From NCBI GenBank assembly GCA_028534125.1, contig CM052816.1, positions 52,578,001 to 52,642,000 of the forward strand: 64,000 nt of DNA, in the 5' to 3' direction. The notes beneath the pieces were generated by a model, which worked only from the letters and a program-made list of their open reading frames with translations, searched no databases and was not told where the DNA came from. Each line of letters opens with the position of its first letter. The stretch's first letter is position 1. This DNA is from Lama glama (taxonomy: Eukaryota). Position numbers and translations under genes: made by a program. Shown here piece after piece: positions 13,887-24,505 of this stretch.

Positions 13887-14066
13887 AGGGGTAGGGGAGA
13901 GCGGAGTGGTAGAGCACATGCTTAGCATGCACAAGGTCCTGGGTTCAATCCCCATCACCTCCATTAAAAAAAATAAACCTAATTATCTCCCCTCACCACC
14001 CCCCCCCAAAAGAAAAGAAACTAGGCTAGACTCAAAGACCAACAACAAAAAAAACCCAAACCCCCC
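13887..14066 (+). mobile_element. Vic-1-type SINE with extended tail and 13-bp TSD
   Basis: AGTGGTAGAGCACATGCTTAGCATGCACAAGGTCCTGGGTTCAATCCCC; TSD AAGAATCAGCTCA at 13874-13886 and 14067-14079. Confidence 0.9.
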
Positions 14067-15167
14067 AAGAATCAGCTCAGGGGAAGTTGCTTTTTTTCCC
14101 CCAGGCAACAGATTTTCCACAATGGCCAATTTAGAAATAGAGGGTGAGATCTGGTGAGAGTGAATGGCTAGAAGCAGTTTTTCACTCTACAGAGGGCCTT
14201 TCAGCCACTAAGCTGAGTGAGCTAAAAGGAAAGGCTTTCAGTGCATCTAAAATAGACAGCTGAATGAGAAGCTACTGCTCTTGAGATGAAGCAGGGTGGT
14301 TTTTATAGATCACAAGCTGAGTAGCTGGCTTGTTGGAGGATAAGCCATTCCTTCAGTAGATGGGAGGAAAGATGGGGCTGTCTGAATCAAGGCCAAGAGA
14401 CAGGCGAGATTACGTCCCATCAGGGCTGAAAGTGGAGCGCAGGGAGCAGGAATGGCTGAACCATCTGCTGAATCACAAAGCAGGTCCCTGACTCCTTCTA
14501 TAATTTGAAACTTCACCACAGCCCCTGAGAGCCCGTGAGGAACAGACAGAGAAAGCAGACTCGCGCGTGAGATGGGAGGAGGGAAGGAGGATACTGGAAC
14601 TTGACATCAAAGCGCCCCTTTCCTTTTTGCTTTTAACTCTGTAGTCCTATGAAGGCTAAGAAGTAGGAACTTCTTTGAGCTTCTAACACTTGCAGATTTA
14701 AGTGTTCAATCACAATTAGACTCAGAGTCGGAAGCACTCGAAGTGTCTACTTTGTAAAGCAAACTGAAGAAAATGGAATATCTAGCCAGTCCTTTTTTTT
14801 TTTTTTATTAAAAGCATGAGGCAGCACGAACGTGTATCTGTCACATTCCTCAGTAAGCAGGAACAGGTGTTGTCCCCAGGGCATGGGTGGAAGAGGAGAT
14901 GAAAAAACAGTGACCTTTCTCTTTGGAAGGCATTTCTTAGCACATGTAGGAACTCACTTTGACAGTGAAACATCTGACAGCGGAAGGTCCAAACAGGTGA
15001 CAGTCCTGCGTCTACTGGCACAAAACGGGCAGAAAGGTGAGCTGCTCAATTTAGTTCTGCCGCTGAGATGTACTGTCTCCACCAACCCAGGAAGGAGCTT
15101 ACAGAGCCAGGAGTTAGGTCTGCTAAGCCACATGCTTCCAAGGGAGCATAGGAATAGTGTGGGTGGC

Positions 15168-15543
15168 TGTTCTGGGCTGAATGTGCGCCCCCTAAATTCA
15201 TGTATTAAAGCCCTAGCATCCAACATGATGGTATTAGGAGTGGGACTCTGAGAGGGAATTAGGTTTAGACGGGGTCATGAGGATGGGGCCCCCGCGATGG
15301 CATTAGTGTCCTTATAAGAATAGGAAGACGGAGCTCCCGCTTTCTCTCCACAGGCACACACTGAACAAAGGCCATGTGAGGACACGGTGAGAAGGTGGCT
15401 GTCTACAAGCCAGGACCTGGGCTCTTACCAGGAACCAAATCTGCTGGCACCTTCATCTGGGACTTACCCATCCCCAGGACTATGAGAAGTAAAAGTCACC
15501 TAGCCTACAGTATTCATTACAGCAGATCAAGCTGACTATGACA
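15168..15543 (+). mobile_element. Solo MaLR LTR (MLT1A-like)
   Basis: Starts TG, ends CA, flanked by 5-bp TSD GTGGC (15163-15167, 15544-15548); MLT1 motifs GGCATTAGTGTCCTTATAAGA and GCCATGTGAGGACAC. Confidence 0.88.
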
Positions 15544-15798
15544 GTGGCCTAATGTTCCTGGGTCCAGAAGGACACGAGGAAGGGAGGATGTCAAAGGTTA
15601 TTTTGGGTACAAGCAATTCTTTATTTTTTCCCCCAGTATCAGCTCACCCTCACTATATAAGTAAAAGAATAATCAGAAGAATTTGGTGTTGAAAACAGAA
15701 ATGAATGGTGGATGGAACCATCCTAAGGAGAGGAGACCCCAAATCTTGGAATAGGAAGAGAGGATTTTTAAGAAAATGATTTCTGCAAATTTGCTCAC

Positions 15799-16002
15799 CT
15801 TTGTTTAAGCGTCCCATCACAGTAAATTCAAAATATTTGCTGTTGTCAGTTGAAGAGTAAAGGCCAAAGATGGTGGCTGTGCTTTTAGCTTGCAGCTTGA
15901 AGGTGGAGATCACATAGAGCTCGTTCAAGGTGGGGTCTGCCAGGATCGGCTGCAGAACACTTGGGTTCAGTCTCTGGCTGGCGGACGGGAGAAGGTCAAA
16001 GA
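15799..16002 (-). CDS. THBS4: THBS4 exon 2 ([14 protein letters not shown]...[11 protein letters not shown]), N-terminal domain
   Basis: Acceptor CTCCTTCTCCCCAG|TC, donor AAAG|GTGAGC; 204 nt; phase continues from exon 1; within ORF 15653..16177. Confidence 0.96.
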
Positions 16003-16340
16003 CTGGGGAGAAGGAGGAGAAAGGGATCATTAGTGAAAGATTTAACTTTGGGGCAAACATATTTTTTGGAGGGGGACAATTTGATAGCAAGCTATGAAGT
16101 AAACGGACATTGTCATCGTTTTTCCATATTGCCAAACTTGCCAGGTCTTCTTTATCACTCTTACAGTGGCTGGACATTTGAACCAGAGAAACAGCACAAT
16201 ATTCATCACTAGGTTACAGCCCCCAAGAGAAGAGGAAATCTGTAAACGCAGAATTGCATTTGGCTGAAGAAGTGGCTCTGAAAATGCCCACTAGGACAAG
16301 CAGATGAGAGCATCCAAGTCATTGTTTCTCTCTCTCTCTT

Positions 16341-16565
16341 TTTTTAAAATTGAAGTACAGTCAGTTACATTATGTCAATTTCTGGTATATAGCATAATGT
16401 TTCAGTCTACATACATATATTTGTTTTCATTATAGGGTTCTACAAGACACTGAATTTAGTCTTCTATGCTATACAGAAGAAATTTGTTCTTTTAATCCAT
16501 TTTACATGTAGTAGTTAATATTTGCAAATCTCGAACTCCCAATTTATCCCTTCTGTCCCCTGGTA
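16341..16565 (-). mobile_element. Short young L1 3'-end fragment (sense to THBS4)
   Basis: TTGAAGTACAGTCAGTTACA...GTCAATTTCTGGT...CAAATCTCGAACTCCCAATTTATCCC matches the 3'UTR of the L1 copies at 27.4k, 40.5k and 52k. Confidence 0.85.
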
Positions 16566-17119
16566 GTGAATTTCCACCTTGGGGTCCCTCATGTGCCTCC
16601 TGGACCAGAGCCAACTGTCTTTTCCTCGTCAGGAATAAATGACACGGGGAACACAGCAGAAGGCATGGATGTGGTGGGATACAGTGTCAGCAAAACAATC
16701 TGCCACCTTTGTGAGACTGAAGTGTTCCCTCTGTGCATTTACAGTTCCCCAATATTTCTCTGTTAAGGAATCCCGATGTAGAAACAAAAACAAAACAAAA
16801 CAAAAAAAACGTGGCTTCAATTTCTTGACTGTACCCTGACTGATAGAGTTGGTCTACAAAAACTAGATGTTGCATTTGTATTTGTCTAAGTTACTTTTGA
16901 TCATGCCAGCAGCACTTTCTCTCAAACTTTATGAAAGCTATGAGAGAGTATGTCAGTTAATTTAAAAGGCAAAGGCCAAATTTGGGTAGTACTCACTAGA
17001 AGTTACTTAGTATTTCTCTTGATTTATGCAAATATTGTTTAAACAATTCCACGGTCTGTGGGAACCTCAGCCTCCAGAGCTGTCTCCTGGATACAATAAT
17101 CTGGTTACTGAAAAGGGTC

Positions 17120-18170
17120 ATAGTATCCATAATTAATAAAGAGCTCTTACAAATCAATAAAATAAGCATCCCAATAGAAAAATGGGCAAAGAACATGAGA
17201 AAACAATTTGCAGAAAAGGACAAAGATAAACAAGCATATATATGTGTTCATATGCTTAACTAATGATGAAGGAATTGCTAACTTAAACAATAAGATATTA
17301 TTTTTACCATCAAATTGGAAAAACAATAAATACAATAATACCCCACTGTTGGTGAGGATTCAGGGAAACGGATACCTATCTACTGGTGGGTAAGATATAG
17401 ACTAGTATAAATATTTTGAAGCCAGTTTAAACAACAGTATCAAAGGCCTAAGACATTCATGCTCTTTCATTTAGTGATTCTACTATAGGAATTTATCTTT
17501 AAGGAATAATGGATTACATGATGATTTATTTAGGTACAAGGAGATTCAGCACCAGTGGTAATTCTAGAATTTCTATTTAGGAAGGAATTAGGCAAAAACC
17601 TAATTGGGAGAGGTGAGAGACCTGGAGCTGTGCCGGCTTCGCACTTTGTTGCAAAAACATAAACTGTCCTTGGCAGAGACAGGAGGGCTTGGGAGCGATT
17701 ATGGGGATTTCAGCCATCCCAAGCCATCCTGGGGCACTGCAAATGTTCAACAAGTTCTTCAGAATATCAGAACCCTGGAAACTGAGTGTCCTATATCAGA
17801 GCAGGATAAACGAATTTTGGTCCACCCGAAAAGAGGAATACTATCCATTAAAAAGGGTAAGGCAGCGGAATAAAACTTAGATATGGAAAGATGTTCATGA
17901 GCTATTACGTGGAAAAAGATTATAACACTGTATATATATGTGTGTGTATATATATATGTATAACATGATCCCATTTGAAATACATATTTGCATAGAAATA
18001 GATATGAAAGATAATACAATAAAAGGCTAACATGAATAGTAGTTATCTCTGGGTTGTATAATTATACATTTTTAATTTCCTTTTCTTTTGCTTATTCAAT
18101 TTTCTATTTTTTGAAAACAATAAATAGGTACAGCTTTTGCAAGAAAAAAATAAATAAAAGTTATAAAAAT
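17120..18170 (+). mobile_element. Old L1M(E)-like 3' fragments
   Basis: CTCTTACAAATCAATAA...CCCAATAGAAAAATGGGCAAAGAACATGA and later GGAATACTAT...ATTAAAA, typical of the L1 ORF2 3' end/3'UTR. Confidence 0.65.
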
Positions 18171-19184
18171 AAACAGGGAAAAACCTAGTTACTAAAGAGT
18201 GCCTACTCTTTCTAAAGAAAACCTATCTTCAGATGGGGTTTGTGCTGTTCCTTTCATGTGCACCAAGGACCTTATACAATAACAAATTTAATACTAGGAG
18301 TGTTAGAAAGTAGAATTATGATCTTTCTAGCATCCCACATTCTCTAAACATGAAGACTGCTGCCTACTGTACTTCAAAAGGCACACGGAATTTTTAAGTT
18401 TCCAGAGAACTGGAAACTTGACATTCCCACTAGTGAGGGCAAAGGGAAATAAAGCAGTATGTTTAAAAGTTCTATTCATGACAAGGCATCTTCAGAAAAG
18501 AAATGTGTGTTTAAGGAATGGGACCTGCATGCAGAGCTAAACTCTTGGTATTCCTGATTCTTGCTCTGACCACGATTACTTCATAATTCAGCTCAGACTA
18601 AATTTACCACATTCAATCTGGATGGCTTGTCTAATTCACTGGCTTCTCTCTCAAGAGGCAGAGTTGGGATTAGTTAGTAATGAGGTGGGAGAGTGTTTTG
18701 AAAAGGAAATGAGACACCACAATTTTCTATTAATGTTATTACACTTTAGTAATAGTGCCAGGATCAAAGCACAACGTTCTAGTGTGAGAGGTGAATCACT
18801 GCTGCCAATACTGTACTACCGTATGAAAGTCAAACACATGGTACTAAGAGCAGCAACACAGCTCAGAGGAAACAGGAGGTAAGCAAATTACTCAGTTGAG
18901 TTGATAAACACAAGATTAATTCAATAAAAGAATCTATCAGAAATTTAATCAGATTACCTACGGCAACTAAATTAGCTGAGTAATTTGGATGGTATAGCCT
19001 TATTTCATATTTCCATAAAACAGGCATCTCTAAGAAGCAAAAATCCACACCTGCAACACACCATGAAACTGTGTTCAAATGTCAAGAACTTATATAACAC
19101 AAAATATTATACCCCTGAGGCCAAACCTGTCTAATAATGTCTGCAATAAGAAAACTTATCAATTGTGTTTAAAAAGCTTCCCTT

Positions 19185-20597
19185 CTGACACCAAAAGCAA
19201 AGGCAACAAAGGCTAAAACCAACAAGTGGGACTAATATCAAATGAAAGCACTTCTGCACAGCAAAGAAAACCGTCAACAAAATGAAAAGGCAACATACGG
19301 AATGGAAGAAGATACTTGCAAATCAAATATCTGATAAGAGGCCAATATCCAGAATACATAAAGAATTTATACAACTCAATAGCAAAAAACCCAAACAATT
19401 AGATTTAAAAGTGACAGGAAATCTGAATCAACATTTGCCCAAAGATATGCAGATGACCAACAAGTACATGAAAATATGCCAATACCACTAATCATGAGGG
19501 AAATGCAAATCAAAACCACAAGATAGCACCTCACACCTGTTAGAATGGCTATTACCAAAAGGACAAGAAACAGCAAGTGTTGGTGAGGATGTGGAGAAAA
19601 GGGAAGCTTCGTACATTGTTGGTGGGAATGTAAGTTGATGTATGGAAAATACTATGAAGGTTCCTCAAAACATTAAAACCACAGGGAAATATACACAAAA
19701 TGTTATGATAAATCACAGAGAAAAAAATGTGACAATGAGTGTGTATATGTCCATGAATGACTGAAAAATTGTGCTGAACACTGGAATTTGACACAACATT
19801 GTAAAATGATTATAAATCAATAAAAATGTTAAAAAAAAAATAAAACCAGAACTACCATATAATCCAGCAATTCCCCTTCTGGGTATTCACCTGAAGAAAA
19901 CAAAACCATTAACCTGAAACAATCTATGTACCCCCATATTCCTCTAAGCACTATTTACAGTAGCCAAGACATGGAAACAACCTAACTGTCCATCAATAGA
20001 TGAATGCATAAAGAAAATGTGGTGTATGTATATGTATATATGTGTGTGATACACACACACACAGTATTATTTAGCCATAAAAAATAATGAAACTTTGTCA
20101 TTTACGACAATATGGCTGGACTTTGAGGCATTATGCCAGGTGTAATTAAGTCAGACAGAAAGACAAATGCTGTAAAATCTCACTTATATGTGGCATCTTA
20201 AAAACAGAAGCAAAAACAAACAAAAAAGAACAAGCTCATAGATACAGAAAACAGATTGGTGGTTGCCAGATGCAGGGGGTGGGGGAGTGAGAGGGTGTGA
20301 AATGGGTGAACAAGGTCAAAAGATACAAACTTCCAGTTATAAACAAGTAATCAGGATGTCAGGTGCAGGATGGTGACTATAGTTAATAATACTGTACTGC
20401 ATATTTGAAAGCTGCTAAGAGAGTAAATCTTGAAAGTTCTCATCACAGGGAAAACACTTGTGGCTCTGCACAGTGGTGGATGTTAACTAGATTTAATATG
20501 GTGATAATCTGCAACGAATACAATTATCAAACCATTACGTTGCACACCTGAAACTGATATAACATTATCTGTCAATTATGCTTCAATTCTTTAAAAA
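19185..20597 (+). mobile_element. L1MA-like 3' portion (ORF2 C-terminus plus 3'UTR) carrying a nested young L1 tail
   Basis: ORF 19282..19491 (MKRQHTEWKKILANQISDKRPISRIHKEF) is L1 ORF2-like; 3'UTR ends ...GTCAATTATGCTTCAAT. Confidence 0.88.
19682..19840 (+). mobile_element. Young L1 3' tail nested within the older L1
   Basis: CAGGGAAATATACACAAAATG...GACACAACATTGTAAAATGATTATAAATCAATAAAAATGTT(A)n flanked by TAAAACCA (19674-19681, 19841-19848). Confidence 0.8.
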
Positions 20598-21579
20598 CCC
20601 ATTGCATACTTTCGTATCTCTCTAGAAGCAAAGTCACAATGAATAAATACTGTAAGCTACAACATTTAAAACATTTCAACCCAAACTAAAAGCAGTACAG
20701 TATGCTCTGAAATCACAATTCTGGTTGCCTGGTCTGGCATCAAAATCAGTTATTTGGTAAAATGCAAAGTTTAAGGGCAATTACTGCAACGGGAGGGGAA
20801 GGGACCTGAGAACACCCGCACAGGCATTCTTCATTCTGGCCTCCTAGAAATAACAGTTTTCACCTTAAGTGGTGCGTCTCTTCCAGCTTTCCTTAGTCAG
20901 TAATTAATCAACCTCGGGCATCAATTTCAAACAGATGAAGGTCATCACTGGATAGCCAGTTAGAGCCTTAAAATCTTTCCTTGCTGAGAAAAGCTTCCCT
21001 TTAGTCTTTCCAAAGTTCTGTTTAAGTTTAAGTGCTTTCTGCCCAACGGTTATTTTCACCCCACTTCACAAAGGGGGGTTGAAAATTGATTATCCAGGAT
21101 TACTTATTGAATTTTTACCCCTTTACAGACAAAGACTCATATCTCAGTCTTTCCGGTTCAATTTACCTCTAGAATCAAGAAATCAAGCCAACTCCCAAAG
21201 GAGGCTTTGGGGTCCGAGCAAAGTTGGAGCAGAAAAAGGCGAGCGGCAGGGCGGTAGAGTAATACCGCACCTTTCTTGGGGATGTGAGCCTCAGACTGAG
21301 CGAACATCGCTCCCGCCTCATCGAAGGATTAAGGATGCAAGGGCTGAGGAGAGGGCCTGCCAGAAAGAGCCTCAGAGGACAGAATCCGCATTTCACCCTT
21401 CTCCTGACAGGACGCGTTCGAGGTCTAGGGCCGCCCCTAGGCTTGGAAGAAAACCCCAAGCCTTTGCATAAACTGAAAATAAGTTTTTCATCCCCCAAAT
21501 TATTTATCTCCGAAAATTCTAATCTCTAATTACTCCAATCACAATATGCTTTGACTCGGGCCCCAGACAGACAGAATGC

Positions 21580-22300
21580 TGCCCAGCGAGGCCCCAAGAG
21601 CCAAAGGCCGAGCAGCACGCAGAGCTGGTCTCTCCGTTCGCCCAAGGGGACGGCGGGCTCCGCGACCGTGACCGAGGGACCAGAGTTCGTGGCCCCCGCC
21701 CCGGCTCGCGCCCACTTACCCTGCGGGGTGGCCTGAGCGCCGCCCCCCAGCCACGGCTGCAGGGCCAGGTGCAGCAGGAGCAAGGCGGCTCCTCGCGGGG
21801 CCAGCATGTTGGCTTTTCCTGCTCCCCGCGGGCGCCCGCGAGTCACACAGCAGCGGGGGTCCCGCCTGGGTGTGCGGGCGGCGCGCGGCCCCTGGGTCGG
21901 GCTCCCGCGGGCGGCGCAGGTGAGCGCAGGGCGACGAGCGGGCTGCCGTCGGGGGCGGCTCTCGCGTCCTGGCGCCGCAGGGATGGGTGCGCCGGCGGCT
22001 GGGCTGGGCGCTTTATGGTCTGGCCGGCCCGGGGAGGGGGAGGGCCCAGGCGGGGGCGGCCCCCTTGGCTGGGATCTCCTCCCACCGGGAAGCGTGGGGG
22101 CGGCCGGAGCTGGGAGCGTGGGCGGCGGACAGAAAGGCGTGAGCACTGGGACTGGGGACGCGAAAGATACCCCGGCAAGCCGGTCTCGGGGTGGGTGGGC
22201 GTAGTCGCCGGCCCGGGACCGGCGAGGGGGTTTAGGAGGATGGGAAGAGCGAGGGTGGGCAGCAGGGGGCTGGTGGGAAAGTGAGGACGCGCAGGACAGG
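21580..22300 (-). promoter_or_regulatory. THBS4 CpG-island promoter with TATA-like CATAAA (22012-22017, minus strand) and GC boxes
   Basis: Very GC/CpG-rich stretch around exon 1; minus-strand GACCATAAAGCG about 205 bp upstream of the ATG; GGGCGG boxes near 22050 and 22120. Boundaries approximate. Confidence 0.8.
21720..21807 (-). CDS. THBS4: THBS4 coding exon 1 (signal peptide MLAPRGAALLLLHLALQPWLGGGAQATPQ)
   Basis: ATG at 21807 in context GCCAACATGC; hydrophobic leader; donor CAGG|GTAAGT; 88 nt; lies in a CpG island. Confidence 0.96.
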
Positions 22301-24054
22301 GTAGACATGAAGGAGAAGAAAGGGGCAAAGGAGGAAGGAAGGAACACTGGCCCGCTAGCGCTAGGCACTATCAGTCTCCTACCTCTGGTACTCCTTTTGT
22401 TTTCCAAACAGAAGAACGTTCTTTGGACAGGCTTTTAAGGCCCATCTTGGATTCTTTTCCCCAAGGAACCCTGAAGGATCTCCAGGAACGTCGCCCCCTA
22501 AGATGGTCCAGAGAACAATTGGATTCTTTTATTTCTTCAAGCTTGTCTTGAATACTTCAGATGTTGACTTTTTCCCATCAAGTTTTGAGACATAAACAGT
22601 GAATGTTTCAAAGTTTTTGAGTTTTTAGCAGAAGTAAAACACATCTTAAAGAATCCATCCAGACAGAACCATTTATAGGATGGTAGCGTTTTATGGAGAA
22701 TTTATTTTCAGTCCAGTTTCCGAACACTCTGCCCACTTCTGTTTCGCCTTCCCAAAAGGTTCCATGTGACAGTTTAAAGCTATGGTGGTAGGACCTAAAA
22801 GAGACAGAAGGAACATAAGGAATTACTCTTCCTCCTAGGCAAAGCTCCCTAAAAATAATGTGGATTAACGAGAGGAAAAAATATTTCAGAACAATGGCAA
22901 ACTTTTCCCTCTTAAACAATCTTGACTAATGGAGAAAACCCAGCGAAGTATTTATATCCCTATTTTTAGGTCTCAGAGAATCCCACTTCAAAGTTTAAGA
23001 AGCTGTCTGCCACAAGCTGGAAGATTAACTCATTTTACTCCCAAACTGCTGGAATGACCCTTCGCTAATTATGATTCCATTTACAGCTAATGACCTGGAA
23101 ATTTGTGAGCTAAATTCAGAGCTCATTTCTATTTGAGGTCTAACATAGTTCTAATCCAGGCTTCATTTAATGCCACATTACACTAAAGTCACTGTATGGT
23201 GTGGACTGCCATATGCCTATGTTGTGAGAGAGCCCCGAAGAGACAAAGGGTGCATGTTTCCAGCAATGTGACTACACTAATGAGATGGATTAGACTAGAG
23301 ACTCTTCACGTCTCCAAACAGTGTCCTCCGGAGTGGCCTGGGTTGGAGGGGGCTCCAGGCTCCCAACTTCTACTTTAAGCACAATAGCTTTCCTTGTATA
23401 AGTTTTATACAATGGATTTTAGAGTAAGTTATTGGAAGGCAGATACCATTTTTTAAGTCATCCTTGTTTAGTCGTCTTTGCCAGGCATCCCCTAATCTAG
23501 CAAATTCCCATCAAAATGGCTTAAACAAGTAGGCACATAACGAATTTTGGTTGAAACTGGATGACTACTAAGTGTAATTGAGCAACAGAAGGATCAGATG
23601 ACTTTCTGCTAGCCTAAGGGAACTTACAATTTAGTTTTGCTTCTAAAAGAGACTGCATTTTTAATGAAGCCATTCTTTGGGGATTCTCAATCAGCTTTTT
23701 CTTCCTATCCTCAGAATCAGGAGGAATTTTGAATACAATAAAATGCATTAAATTGGCTGTGAAATATGTGGTAAAGGAAGAGAAAGGGTTAATCAGTTTA
23801 TTTTCTGTGCCACCTCATTAAAATATCTGATGTTAACACTTAACATACTGAATTTTAATTTAAGAATGTATTAATTTACTTAACTTCTCCCCAGTATCAG
23901 ACTGTGAGCTCTTTGGCACGCTCTCATTTATTTTTGTAGTCCTAATTCTGAGTACAATGCTGGTACCTGATAATGAGTAGCTCATTGAACTGGCTTTCCT
24001 TCTCTGAGTACTGTAAAGCAGGATAAGAGGCTGTGATATGTTGCCATCCATTCG

Positions 24055-24505
24055 TGCCGTGGATTGCAAAAGCAGTCTCAGCGCTTCTATACAGATCCTT
24101 TGCTTTCCTGTTGTAAGCCTAGGCTTAGCCATGTAGCTTTCTTGGTCAATAGGAATTTAGCAAAAGTCCTACAAGCAGAAGCTTTAAACGTACTTGTGTG
24201 ATGGGACTTGCTTACTCTTTCACACTTGCCTCTGCTGTGATAGCGTGGTCGTGCTAGCCCGCTGGAGGATGAGACACGGTGCAGAGCTAATTCACCACAG
24301 TCATCGTAGGCAAAGCCACCTGAGAGCAGGTGACAGCTGCTGACTCACACAGGTGGGTAGATTCAGGCAAGATCAGCAGAGCCCTGTTGTTGACTCCAGA
24401 CATGAGAGCAACAAATGTTTATTTCTGTATGCCATTAAGATTTGGGGGTTGTTTGTTATGCAACATAATTATAGCAGTACGATGTTATTGTAGCAACTGA
24501 TAGAC
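24055..24505 (+). mobile_element. MaLR LTR remnant (MLT1I/J-like)
   Basis: ...TTTCTTGGTCAATAGGAATTTAGCAAAAGT...TATGCCATTAAGATTTGGGGGTTGTTTGTTATGCAAC, typical of old MLT1 3' ends. Confidence 0.6.

Larger units (their letters stand above)
1159..21807 (-). other. THBS4: THBS4 gene span (coding exons 1-7, 987 nt / 329 codons; 3' part lies beyond the left edge)
   Basis: Seven GT-AG exons (88, 204, 248, 109, 83, 52, 203 nt) splice in frame to give a signal peptide, TSP N-terminal LamG-like domain, pentamerising coiled coil and first EGF-like repeat of thrombospondin-4. Confidence 0.97.

Noticed and set aside
21526..22407. Long overlapping ORFs (293, 171, 161, 132 aa) on both strands
   Set aside because: Pro/Gly/Arg/Ala-rich shadows of a stop-poor CpG island; only 21720-21807 is bounded by a start and a donor and matches THBS4.
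22669..22679. CArG-like CCATTTATAGG (and CCTATTTAAGG near 749)
   Set aside because: Seven A/T bases between CC and GG, not the CC(A/T)6GG SRF consensus.
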